A stretch of 64,000 nt of DNA from an uncultured Clostridia bacterium (lineage in GTDB: Bacteria; Bacillota; Clostridia; TANB77; CAG-508): NCBI GenBank assembly GCA_947623725.1, contig CANQHI010000004.1, positions 764 through 64,763 of the forward strand, read 5' to 3'. The position numbers and the translations under genes are program-made. How positions within the stretch are numbered: position 1 is the stretch's first letter; each line of letters opens with the position of its first letter. The notes under the pieces are model-generated. The model saw nothing but the letters and a program-made list of their open reading frames with translations, searched no databases and was not told where the DNA came from. Positions 8,552-17,620 of this stretch are shown here, piece after piece.

Positions 8552-9805
8552 TTATTCTATATTAGTTTCATCTGAATCATTTTCATTTGAATTAGTCTCA
8601 TCTGATATAATGTTATACTTGTATTTCCATGCTAATATTCTTTTAACTGCTGTATTTATTTGCGTTTCTGAAATTCTTCCATCATTTACTGCATTTAATA
8701 CTTCCTGTTTTTGTCTTGCAAAATCTGATGAAATAATCATATCATTTCCAGCTAATACTGCTTGAACTGCCACTTCTCCATTCTCAACATATTCCTTTAC
8801 TGCATCCATTGCTAAATCATCTGTTATTATTATTCCAGAGAAATCTAAATCATCTCTTAAAATATTATGTACATTTTCTGATAGTGATGCTGGCTTATCT
8901 GCATCCATTGATTTTACTATGATGTGACTAACTAATATACAAGGTCCATCCTCTTCAATTCCACTCATAAATGGTAAAAAGTCTGACGTTTTATAATTAT
9001 CATATTCTCTTTCATCAATTACAATTCCTGTATGAGTATCTGCATTATCTCCATATCCTGGAAAATGCTTCATTACAGAAATCATACCATCATTATTCAT
9101 TTGTTTTATCAATTGAGCTACATATGAAGCAGTTTCTTCGGCTCCTTTTCCATAAGCTCTTTTATAAATAAAAGATGTAGATGTTGTTGATACATCAGAT
9201 ACTGGTGCAAAATTCATATTTAATCCAAGACTTTTTAATAAATTAGATTTTTCTGTTGAATCATCTAAAATTGCTTGCATACCTCCATTGTTCCATACTT
9301 GTTGTGGTGATAGAAATTTACTTTGGCGGAATGCTTTATAAGCACTTACTCTTACTACTGTTCCACCTTCTTCATCAACACCTAATGCTAATTTTATTTT
9401 ACTAGCATCTTGACATTCTTGTAATTTTTTTTGAATAGATTCTTTTGTTTCTTTTTCAAAATCTCTACCAAATAATATATATCCACCCGGATTGTAATTT
9501 TTTATTTCTTCAATTACATTACTTGTTGGAAATCTTACCATAAACATCTGACCAACTTTTTCTTCTAAAGTCATATTTTGCATTATTTTTTCAGCTTGAT
9601 CATAATATTCTTCAAATAAATCTTTTTCAACTATTTCTGGTATAGTATTCTGACTAATATTTTCTTCTGGATCATTACCACTATCAGTAACTTTTTGTTT
9701 ATTATTTATATACCAAAATAATATTGCGGTTCCTATCGCTAGTATAATAACTAATACACAATAAATCCATTTATGTTTTCTTGTTTTACTATGTTTGTTA
9801 CTCAT
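8552..9805 (-). CDS. glycoside hydrolase family 3 beta-N-acetylhexosaminidase-like protein, membrane anchored
   Basis: 417 aa with an N-terminal TM segment and GH3 N-domain motifs (GVDEEGGTVVRV, KHFPGYG, IITDDLAM). Confidence 0.85.
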   Translation of the reverse strand: MSNKHSKTRKHKWIYCVLVIILAIGTAILFWYINNKQKVTDSGNDPEENISQNTIPEIVEKDLFEEYYDQAEKIMQNMTLEEKVGQMFMVRFPTSNVIEEIKNYNPGGYILFGRDFEKETKESIQKKLQECQDASKIKLALGVDEEGGTVVRVSAYKAFRQSKFLSPQQVWNNGGMQAILDDSTEKSNLLKSLGLNMNFAPVSDVSTTSTSFIYKRAYGKGAEETASYVAQLIKQMNNDGMISVMKHFPGYGDNADTHTGIVIDEREYDNYKTSDFLPFMSGIEEDGPCILVSHIIVKSMDADKPASLSENVHNILRDDLDFSGIIITDDLAMDAVKEYVENGEVAVQAVLAGNDMIISSDFARQKQEVLNAVNDGRISETQINTAVKRILAWKYKYNIISDETNSNENDSDETNIE

Positions 9806-9883
9806 TTTTTATAACCTTTCTTCAATGATAAGGTCATTATATATTAAAAGGATTCAAATATCAATATTAAATCTATTCCGCAT

Positions 9884-11164
9884 TTAGCATTCCTTTAAAT
9901 ATAAAAGTGGTCGAAAACCTAAGAAACTACACTCATCGGTCTCCATGTAAGTTTGGCGATACACCGTAGCAAACTCAAAATTAATTACGTAATCATCACC
10001 GCGAGCAACACAAGGATACGCCTCATCAGAGCCGATATCATCACTATATTCTGTTGTCCACTCTCTTACATTTGCTGCCATATCATATATATTGCATTTC
10101 ACATCGCTTGATTCCCCTGTATTTAACAATGAAGTAGCATTTCCTGCTGTGCCCCTACTTGCATTTGCATAATTTTCATTTCCCATTGCTTGTATATATA
10201 CTATCGCTGTATCCCATGCATAACTATTTACTAAATCACTTTCTACATATTTTCCTTCATTTTTCCCTTCGCTATACATATTTTGACTTATTTTTGCTGC
10301 CTCTTCTTGAGTAATACAATTCCACAACATTCCCGAAGTATAATCGATTCCTACTCTACTACAACTCGTAGATGGCTTTGAATACGGCTCGTCATCACTT
10401 TTATAACTCGCCTCATATCTTGCTAAATAATATCCATGATTCTCTTCTACACTTTGTACAAATCCTGCTAAATCTTTTGCTCCTTTTCCTCCAAGTACTC
10501 TTTTATCACTAGCATACTCATAATAGTTACCATACATAAATTCTAATACAGTATCAGTCGAATAGTCCGAACCCTTCTGTACTAATGTTTCCTTTCCATT
10601 ATTATCACTTTTGGCAAATGTGTATCTTCCTAGTGTTATTTCTACTTTTTTATTATCTTTTAATACTATTAGATCTTCTGCATCTGGTTGTGTAGTTGCA
10701 TCATTATCCCCATCTATATTACTTACTGGTATCCATACAAATTCATTTTCTTCATCATCTTTTATTATTATTCCGTCTTGTACTGTATCATCTGTGTTTC
10801 CTGCAAATTTGAATCCTCCTGGTATTACTACTGGATTTCCTAAACTATCTTCATATGTTTCTGTGTTATGATTTGTACTTGTTACTGTTTTTAGTAATGG
10901 TTTTCCATTTGGTCCTTTTTCTACTTTTTTTGAATCCTTTCCATCTATTATCTTATCTATCTCTTTTTCTACTTCTCCTAGCTTTTCTGCCTCATCTGCT
11001 TCTGATTCTTTATATTTTTCTCCTGCATCTTTTGCCCTTTGAAATAGTCCATTTTGTCCTAATGCTGTTGTTAGTGTTACTCCTGCTAATATTAGCAATA
11101 TTATGACTGTGATTACTAGTGCTATTAATGTGATTCCTTTTTCTTTATAGTTTATTTTTCTCAT
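9884..11164 (-). CDS. pseudopilin-like anchor fused to an FGE-sulfatase (SUMF1)-like domain
   Basis: N-terminus MRKINYKEKGITLIALVITVIILLILAGVTL. The C-terminal half carries NIYDMAANVREWTTE, VARGDDY and FLGFRPLLYL, resembling the FGE-sulfatase domain motifs. Confidence 0.7.
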   Translation of the reverse strand: MRKINYKEKGITLIALVITVIILLILAGVTLTTALGQNGLFQRAKDAGEKYKESEADEAEKLGEVEKEIDKIIDGKDSKKVEKGPNGKPLLKTVTSTNHNTETYEDSLGNPVVIPGGFKFAGNTDDTVQDGIIIKDDEENEFVWIPVSNIDGDNDATTQPDAEDLIVLKDNKKVEITLGRYTFAKSDNNGKETLVQKGSDYSTDTVLEFMYGNYYEYASDKRVLGGKGAKDLAGFVQSVEENHGYYLARYEASYKSDDEPYSKPSTSCSRVGIDYTSGMLWNCITQEEAAKISQNMYSEGKNEGKYVESDLVNSYAWDTAIVYIQAMGNENYANASRGTAGNATSLLNTGESSDVKCNIYDMAANVREWTTEYSDDIGSDEAYPCVARGDDYVINFEFATVYRQTYMETDECSFLGFRPLLYLKEC

Positions 11165-11226
11165 CTTTTGAGTTCCTCCCTTTGTTTTTTTACTATTTAT
11201 TTTTTGTTATATTTATTAATAAATTA

Positions 11227-11255
11227 ATTTTATTATTTATAATGTATTAAGTCAA
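11227..11255 (-). promoter_or_regulatory. sigmaA-type promoter TTGACT-17-TAAAAT for the 9884..11164 gene
   Basis: It has the same hexamers and spacing as 2211..2239. Confidence 0.55.
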
Positions 11256-11286
11256 TATTAAGCATTATTTTATTTCTATTTTTTTA

Positions 11287-11472
11287 TTAAGTAAAAAGAT
11301 TAATAAAAAAGTATAAAATTCTGTAATCCATTTATTCCAATGCTTTTTCAAAATTCTATACTTTATTTTTTTTACAATTTTGTAATATTTTTTATCTTTA
11401 TTTTATTCTTATAATTGTTTATATTATGCTATATTTTATACATATTTATTTTTTATTAATCTTTTTACTTAA
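11287..11472. repeat. IR element 2: perfect 24-bp inverted repeats flanking a 138-bp core
   Basis: 11287..11310 TTAAGTAAAAAGATTAATAAAAAA is the exact reverse complement of 11449..11472. The core is homologous to element 1 and in the same orientation. Confidence 0.8.
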
Positions 11473-11532
11473 TAGTAATTTTCTAAGCTATTTATCCAAT
11501 TTTACAAATTATATCTAAAATAAATCCGAAAT

Positions 11533-11575
11533 AAAAAAACTGCATACAAGAATCAATCTTATACACAGTTTTTTC
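11533..11575 (-). terminator. intrinsic (bidirectional) terminator after nrdG
   Basis: AAAAAACTG...CAGTTTTTT stem with an inner AAGA/TCTT pairing and A/T runs on both sides. Confidence 0.6.
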
Positions 11576-11625
11576 ATATTTATTATTCGGTTTAAACAAC
11601 TAAAACGATTTCTTTATTATTCCGT

Positions 11626-12117
11626 TTAATCAACTAAAACAATTTCTTTATTCTTTAATGTTTTTTGAACATCTATAACTCTTTGATTTGATGAACCTTT
11701 CCACTTTAAAGTTGGATCATGCAATTCTTCAACATATCTTCCATCAACTAATACATCTATATATTTTAGTGCTTCTTTATCTTTTAAATCTTCATCAAAC
11801 TTATAACCTGTCCATACCCATACTGTTTTATTTGGATATTTTTCTTTAAATTCTTTTGCAATTTTAGTTGTAGCTTCTATATTTTTAGGATGCATAGGTT
11901 CTCCACCTAAAATTGAAAGCCCTTTTATATAATCCTTGCTACACAAATCCATAATCTCGTCAATTGTATCTTGTGTAATCTTTTTTCCACCTTCAAAATC
12001 CCAAGTTTCTTGATTAAAACAATTTTTACAGTGGAATTCACATCCTTGCATAAACACAGAAACTCTTACTCCAGGTCCATTTGATATATCCATTTTTCTA
12101 ATTACATTATATCTCAT
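11626..12117 (-). CDS. nrdG: anaerobic ribonucleoside-triphosphate reductase activating protein
   Basis: 163 aa with the radical-SAM cluster motif CEFHCKNC. It overlaps the nrdD stop by 4 nt. Confidence 0.9.
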   Translation of the reverse strand: MRYNVIRKMDISNGPGVRVSVFMQGCEFHCKNCFNQETWDFEGGKKITQDTIDEIMDLCSKDYIKGLSILGGEPMHPKNIEATTKIAKEFKEKYPNKTVWVWTGYKFDEDLKDKEALKYIDVLVDGRYVEELHDPTLKWKGSSNQRVIDVQKTLKNKEIVLVD

Positions 12118-14312
12118 TTTTTATCAGCTTCCTTATTATCTATATGTAATACTCTTTCTTTAATTTCTTGTGTTCTTCCTTTATTCCAGAAGTTTGTACC
12201 AATATATCCACAAGTTCTTCTTGCTACATTTAATGTATTGTGATCTCTATTACCACATTCTGGACAATACCATTCTAAATTATCATCTATTAATATTTCT
12301 CCAGTGAATCCACATTTTTGACAATAATCTGATTTTGTATTTAATTCTGCATACATTATGTTATCATATATGAATTCAATAACTTGCATAACTGCATCAA
12401 GATTATTTTGTAAGTTTGGAGTTTCAACATAAGAAATTGCTCCTCCTGGACTTAATCTCTGGAATTCACTTTCTAATTTTAATTTTGTGAAAGCATCTAT
12501 TTCCTCAAATACTGGAACATGATATGAGTTAGTTATATATCCTCTATCTGTGATTCCTTCAACTGTACCAAATCTTTCTTTTAAGCATTTTGCAAATTTA
12601 TATGTTGTTGATTCAATTGGAGTTCCATATACTGAATAATCAATATCTTCTTCCTCTTTCCACTTTTTGCATGCATCATTTAATTTTTGCATAACTTTTA
12701 GTCCAAATTCTTTGCCTTCTCCATTATCTGTATGTGAATGTCCTGTCATGTATTTAACACATTCATATAATCCAGCATATCCTAGTGAAATAGTAGAATA
12801 TCCATGATGTAATAATTCATGTATAGTTTCTCCTGGCTCTAATCTTGCCAATGCTCCATCTTGCCATAATATAGGTGCTACATCACTTAAGGCACTACTT
12901 AATCTTTTATGTCTTACTTGTAATGCTCTATGGCATAACTCTAGTCTTTCATCAAATATTTCCCAGAATTTATCCATATCTTTTTCTGAAGAAAGAGCAA
13001 CATCTGGTAAATTAATAGTTACAACACCTTGATTAAATCTACCATAATATTTTCCTTTTCCTTTTACATAGTTTTTAGCTTTTGCTATATTTCCTAAATG
13101 CATTGTTCTATCTGGTGTTAAGAAACTTCTGCATCCCATGCAAGGATAACATTCTCCATCTCCATTTTCATTTTTCTTAAGTTCTAACATAACTTTTTCT
13201 GAAATGTAATCAGGAACCATTCTCTTAGCTGTACATTCTGCTGCAAGTTTTGTTAAGTAATAATATTCTCCATCTTCTTTTATATTATCTTCTTCTAAAA
13301 CATATAAAAGTTTTGGAAATGCTGGTGTTATATATACACCTTTTCTATTTTTAAATCCTAAAATTCTTTGTTTTAAAAATTCTTCAATTATCATTGCCAA
13401 TTCTTTTTTGTATTCTTGTGTTTCATTCATATACATAAATACACTTAAAAATGGTGCTTGTCCATTCGTGTTTGTCATTGAATTTACTTGATAATTAAAT
13501 GTTTGAACTCCATCAGATACTTCTTTTCTAGTATCTTCCCATGCATATTTATCACAATCATTTTTATTTAATTTTCTTGCTTCATATTTTTTATAATATC
13601 TTTCATAACTACTTCTTACAAATGGAGCTAAATGTGTAAGTGAAACTGTTGCTCCACCATAGCTTGATGATGTAACTGCTAAAATAATCTGTGTTGCAAT
13701 TGTTGCTGCTGTTATAAATCTATGTGGTTTTTCTATCATAACACCATTTATTATTGTTCCATTTTGTAACATATCATCTAAATTAATTAATTCACAATTA
13801 TGTAAAGCATTTTGAGCAAAATAATCTGCATCATGGAAATGTATTATTCCTTCATCATGTGCCTTAACTATATCTGGTGGAAGTAAAAATCTTCTAGTAA
13901 TATCAGTACTTGTAATTCCTGCTAGATAATCTCTTTGGGTTGTAACAACTTTTGCATTTTTATTAGAATTTTCATTATTCCAATATTCATTTTCCCCTTC
14001 AATTAATTCTTTAATTGTTTGGTCTGTTGTATTTGCTTTTCTAACTAAGTCTCTAGTATAACGATATGTAATATATTTTTTTGCTAATTGATATTTATCA
14101 AATTCCATTAATTTTTGTTCAATTATGTCTTGTATATCTTCAACTAAAATTCTTTTCTTATTTAAGCTTTCAATATATTTTATAATTTCTTTTATTTGCT
14201 TATCTGATGCCCTTTCATCTTCTTTTACTTCTAGATTTGCTTTTCCGATTGCTACTACTATTTTGTTTGGATCATAGTCAACAAAATGTCCATCTCTCTT
14301 AACTATTTTCAT
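12114..14312 (-). CDS. nrdD: anaerobic ribonucleoside-triphosphate reductase
   Basis: 732 aa with a C-terminal Zn-ribbon CQKCG...CPECG and the glycyl-radical motif RRTCGYIG. A strong SD (AAGGAGGGAAG) lies upstream. Confidence 0.95.
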   Translation of the reverse strand: MKIVKRDGHFVDYDPNKIVVAIGKANLEVKEDERASDKQIKEIIKYIESLNKKRILVEDIQDIIEQKLMEFDKYQLAKKYITYRYTRDLVRKANTTDQTIKELIEGENEYWNNENSNKNAKVVTTQRDYLAGITSTDITRRFLLPPDIVKAHDEGIIHFHDADYFAQNALHNCELINLDDMLQNGTIINGVMIEKPHRFITAATIATQIILAVTSSSYGGATVSLTHLAPFVRSSYERYYKKYEARKLNKNDCDKYAWEDTRKEVSDGVQTFNYQVNSMTNTNGQAPFLSVFMYMNETQEYKKELAMIIEEFLKQRILGFKNRKGVYITPAFPKLLYVLEEDNIKEDGEYYYLTKLAAECTAKRMVPDYISEKVMLELKKNENGDGECYPCMGCRSFLTPDRTMHLGNIAKAKNYVKGKGKYYGRFNQGVVTINLPDVALSSEKDMDKFWEIFDERLELCHRALQVRHKRLSSALSDVAPILWQDGALARLEPGETIHELLHHGYSTISLGYAGLYECVKYMTGHSHTDNGEGKEFGLKVMQKLNDACKKWKEEEDIDYSVYGTPIESTTYKFAKCLKERFGTVEGITDRGYITNSYHVPVFEEIDAFTKLKLESEFQRLSPGGAISYVETPNLQNNLDAVMQVIEFIYDNIMYAELNTKSDYCQKCGFTGEILIDDNLEWYCPECGNRDHNTLNVARRTCGYIGTNFWNKGRTQEIKERVLHIDNKEADKK

Positions 14313-14474
14313 TTCTTCCCTCCTTAGTTAATTCATATAATTTGTATATTTTTTTGCAAAGATTTTTAGGATATTTTTTTCTTCGCTAGAAAAATTCTAA
14401 CAATAAATTAATAAATAAAAAAGGTGCATTTGCAACTTTTATTAAAATATGATAAAATTTTTTTGAGGTGTAAA

Positions 14475-15116
14475 ATGATTAATCCATTCGAAGGCTTGTC
14501 TAGCTTACAAAAGACCAGATTACTAACTAAATTAGAGAGTCATATTTATAAATTTTCTAAAAATGAAGAAATAATACCAACTTTAAAAAGCAATGATATT
14601 GTATGCATTTTGTTAGAAGGTTCTGCCGAGATTCTTAATATCAATTATCTTGGTGAGGAAATTTTAATTGAGGAACTTCATGAAAACAGTGTTTTTGGAA
14701 CTAATATTTCTAACATTGATGGAATTGAGTGTCAAATCAAAGCTTTAGAGGATTGTGTTGTTTTAGTCATTGATTACGACAAATTAATTAACATAAAAAA
14801 TTTAGATTCTACTTACTACAACACTTTTATTTTAAATTTATTTAAAATATATAATGCAAAATTAGGTGACATAAATGATAGAATCAAAGTTCTCACTCAA
14901 AAAAGTATTAGAGATAAACTTTTAGCTTTTTTTGAAAATGAATATAGAAAAAATCGTTACAAAAATATTTATTTAGAATTTAATTTTAAGGAACTCGCAG
15001 ATTATCTTGCTATAAATAGATCTGCAATGTTTAGAGAGCTAAAAAACTTAAAAGAAGAAAACTTTATAAAAATTAATGGAAAAAGAATTACACTGTTATA
15101 CACTCCTATAATTTAA
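14475..15116 (+). CDS. Crp/Fnr family transcriptional regulator
   Basis: Cyclic-nucleotide-binding-like N-domain plus a C-terminal HTH (...LADYLAINRSAMFRELKNLKEE...). I place the start at the ATG preceded by GAGGTG. The track ORF starts at a GTG at 14424. Confidence 0.8.
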   Translation: MINPFEGLSSLQKTRLLTKLESHIYKFSKNEEIIPTLKSNDIVCILLEGSAEILNINYLGEEILIEELHENSVFGTNISNIDGIECQIKALEDCVVLVIDYDKLINIKNLDSTYYNTFILNLFKIYNAKLGDINDRIKVLTQKSIRDKLLAFFENEYRKNRYKNIYLEFNFKELADYLAINRSAMFRELKNLKEENFIKINGKRITLLYTPII

Positions 15117-15145
15117 TTTATAGGATATATAACAGTGCACTTATA

Positions 15146-16354
15146 TTATTTTTTCTTTTTACTCTTTTTAACTTCAGCACCCATCTCTTCAAATTTAGCT
15201 GCTAATGATGGAGCGTTTGCAGTTAATCTTTTTATAGATAACTCTTCAGTTTTATTATTTGCTAATCTTAAATTATTTTCACTTGATAATAAATTATTTT
15301 TTATTTTTTGTAAATGGTCTATAGATTTATCTATTTCTTCAATTGCTGTATTAAATCTTTCACTTGCTATTCTATAATTCTTTCCAAATGCTTCTTTAAA
15401 ATTGTTCATATTTTCTTCAAAATTAGCAATATCAATATTTTGATTTTGTACTTCTATTAATTGTCTTTTGCTCTCTAATGTTTTTAATGCCGCACCTCTC
15501 AAAATATTAATTATTGTAACAAATGATTGTGGTCTTATAACATACATTTTTTCATATTTATGAGATACATCTACAATTCCTTCATTATAGATTTCATTGT
15601 CTTTTTCTAGTAAAGATACTAATACTGCATATTCACATTTTTTCTCTCTTCTGTCTTTGTCTAGTTCCTTAAAGAAATCCTCATTTTTATGCTTTGTTGC
15701 AGTTTCATCATTTTCATTTTTCATTTCAAACATTATTGAAATATATTCAATACCATCTTCTGAATAATCTCTAAAAATGAAATCACCCTTTGAACCTGTT
15801 TTAGCATCATTATCTTTTTCAAAATATGCTCTAGGTAATGCAGGTCTTAGATATTTATTATACTCGATATTGCAATGTTGCTCTAAAGATTCTCCAACCA
15901 TTTTAGTTGACATTTTTAATTTCATATCTTTATATAGTTCAATTTCTTCGTCTTTTCCTTTTAATTTATTTTCATAAGACTCTTTTAAACCTTGTTCTTT
16001 TAGTTGATATTCTTTTTCACTTAATTTAATTTGGTTGTTTAAATCATTAATTTCATCTACTTTTTCTTGAACTGCATTCTTTAACTCTAATTGATATTCA
16101 GAATCTTTTTGTTTTAAGTCACTTTTTAGTTTTTCAATTTCTTTATCTTTTTCTGATAATTCATTATTATTTTTTAATTCTAAATCTTTCTTTAAAAGTT
16201 CAAGTGCATTATCTTTATCTTTTTTATATTGCTCTTCTCTATTTAGAATTTCTTCTTCAAATTCATGATTACGAATCTGCTTTACTATTGAATCGTAATC
16301 TTTCTCATCTATTTGAAATATCTTTCCACAATTTGGACATTTTATTTCATTCAT
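15146..16354 (-). CDS. DUF2130-like coiled-coil protein with an N-terminal CxxC zinc ribbon
   Basis: MNEIKCPNCGKIFQIDEKDYDSIVKQIRNHEFEEE... followed by a long coiled coil. I place the start at the Met preceded by AGGAGA. The track ORF runs to 16378. Confidence 0.6.
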   Translation of the reverse strand: MNEIKCPNCGKIFQIDEKDYDSIVKQIRNHEFEEEILNREEQYKKDKDNALELLKKDLELKNNNELSEKDKEIEKLKSDLKQKDSEYQLELKNAVQEKVDEINDLNNQIKLSEKEYQLKEQGLKESYENKLKGKDEEIELYKDMKLKMSTKMVGESLEQHCNIEYNKYLRPALPRAYFEKDNDAKTGSKGDFIFRDYSEDGIEYISIMFEMKNENDETATKHKNEDFFKELDKDRREKKCEYAVLVSLLEKDNEIYNEGIVDVSHKYEKMYVIRPQSFVTIINILRGAALKTLESKRQLIEVQNQNIDIANFEENMNNFKEAFGKNYRIASERFNTAIEEIDKSIDHLQKIKNNLLSSENNLRLANNKTEELSIKRLTANAPSLAAKFEEMGAEVKKSKKKK

Positions 16355-16368
16355 AAAAACAATATCTC

Positions 16369-17091
16369 CTACTCCCAATTATGATAAACATTCATTACAT
16401 CATCTAATTCTTCAAGTGCATCTATTAATCTTTGAACTTTTTCTTCTCCATCACTATCTAATGCAACTGTAGTCGTTGGTACCATTTGAACTTCTGCTTC
16501 TTCAAATTCTATTCCTTCTTTTTCTAAAGCTTCTCTAACTGTAGAAAAATTTGATGGATCTGTTGTTATTTCATAAATTTCTTCGTCTGTTACAAAATCT
16601 TCTGCTCCATTATCTATTGCAACCATCATTAAATCATCTTCTGATAAAAGTGACTTTGTTTTATCTATTACAATAACACCTTTTTTATTAAACATATATG
16701 ATACACAACCAGATGTTCCTAAGTTTCCACCTGCTTTATCAAATAAATGTCTTACATCAGCTGCTGTTCTATTTTTATTATCTGTACTTGCTTCTACAAT
16801 AAATGCAACTCCAGATGGTCCATATCCTTCATAAGTAATTTCTTCATATACTTTATCATTTCCTTCTCCTGATGCTTTTTTTATTGCATTTTGTATTGTA
16901 TCATTTGGCATGTTATTTGCTTTACATTTTGCTATTACATCTTTTAATTTTGAATTACCTGCTGGATCTGGTCCTCCTTGTTTTACTGCAATTAATAATT
17001 CTCTTCCTAGTTTTGTAAATACTTTTCCTCTTGCTGCATCTGCTTTACCTTTTTTTGCTTGAATATTGTGCCATTTGCTATGTCCTGACAT
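16369..17091 (-). CDS. yebC: YebC/PmpR family DNA-binding transcriptional regulator
   Basis: [43 protein letters not shown]... is the hallmark N-terminus. Confidence 0.95.
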   Translation of the reverse strand: MSGHSKWHNIQAKKGKADAARGKVFTKLGRELLIAVKQGGPDPAGNSKLKDVIAKCKANNMPNDTIQNAIKKASGEGNDKVYEEITYEGYGPSGVAFIVEASTDNKNRTAADVRHLFDKAGGNLGTSGCVSYMFNKKGVIVIDKTKSLLSEDDLMMVAIDNGAEDFVTDEEIYEITTDPSNFSTVREALEKEGIEFEEAEVQMVPTTTVALDSDGEEKVQRLIDALEELDDVMNVYHNWE

Positions 17092-17210
17092 TGTTAAATC
17101 CTCCTTTTATCTTCTTATTACTACCTAAAGTATTATAGCATAATTTATTGTATTTGTGTAGTGTCTTTTGCAAATTTTACTAGTGTCTAATATCAAATTT
17201 ACCATATCTC

Positions 17211-17240
17211 TTGACTTTTTACTTATTAATATATTATAAT
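17211..17240 (+). promoter_or_regulatory. sigmaA promoter TTGACT-18-TATAAT for the small RNA
   Basis: TTGACT at 17211..17216 and TATAAT at 17235..17240. Confidence 0.6.
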
Positions 17241-17246
17241 AAATAT

Positions 17247-17335
17247 AGGAAATGACAAATCCACAAACGTGGTTTTGCCCAGATTAAGATTTAATAAACC
17301 ATTAGCTAGGCACAGCAGAATGGTTTATTTTTTAT
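17247..17335 (+). ncRNA. candidate antisense/antitoxin sRNA (about 90 nt), convergent with the small toxin ORF
   Basis: Near-consensus promoter upstream, with no ORF or SD. It ends in the hairpin AAACCATT...AATGGTTT (17296..17326) followed by ATTTTTTATTT. Its 3' end overlaps the stop codon and 3' end of the minus-strand peptide gene. Confidence 0.5.
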
Positions 17336-17337
17336 TT
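17296..17337. terminator. shared bidirectional terminator of the convergent sRNA / toxin mRNA pair
   Basis: Stem 17296..17303 with 17319..17326. The T-run is on the plus strand, and an A-rich run precedes it (T-rich on the minus strand). Confidence 0.55.
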
Positions 17338-17451
17338 ATGTAGTTGCTTATCAATCCAGTTCTTATACAGAACTGCTGTCAAGGCAACGTTTAATGTTAA
17401 AGAAAACATTAATGATAATATTAAAAATAGTATCACTTTAACCATAAACAT
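17332..17451 (-). CDS. 39-aa hydrophobic peptide, candidate type I toxin
   Basis: Not in the ORF track because it is too short. ATG at 17451 is preceded by AGGAAAGGTGGTG. Translation is MFMVKVILFLILSLMFSLTLNVALTAVLYKNWIDKQLHK*: one TM helix plus a charged tail. The 5' UTR contains CCACC, which can pair with the GGTGG SD. Confidence 0.55.
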   Translation of the reverse strand: MFMVKVILFLILSLMFSLTLNVALTAVLYKNWIDKQLHK

Positions 17452-17526
17452 CACCACCTTTCCTACGAAGCTTCGTAAAATTGGTGGCAAAACCACATCT
17501 GCTAATTATCATTTCCTATGTTAATT

Positions 17527-17555
17527 ATTCTATAATATTATTTTTATTCTGTCTA
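17527..17555 (-). promoter_or_regulatory. promoter TAGACA-17-TAGAAT for the small-peptide mRNA
   Basis: Minus-strand hexamers at 17555..17550 and 17532..17527. Confidence 0.45.
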
Positions 17556-17570
17556 GTCCTTTTTCTTTAT

Positions 17571-17608
17571 AAATAAGATGAGCCCATTACAAATGCCTCA
17601 TCTTATTT
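17571..17608. terminator. hairpin downstream of the ABC transporter gene
   Basis: AAATAAGATGAG...CTCATCTTATTT 12-bp stem with T/A runs on both sides. Confidence 0.45.
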
Positions 17609-17620
17609 TTATAAAATAAT

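Noticed and set aside
14313-14423. An NrdR box or cobalamin riboswitch upstream of nrdD.
   Set aside because: I saw only a short TAGAATTTTTCTA palindrome. The region is too short for a riboswitch and does not match the 16-bp NrdR box consensus well enough to call.
16355-16378. A 10-nt overlap between yebC and the DUF2130 gene, implied by the track ORF start.
   Set aside because: The extension starts at a non-ATG codon without an SD. The internal ATG at 16354 has AGGAGA upstream and gives the family-typical MNEIKCPNCG N-terminus.
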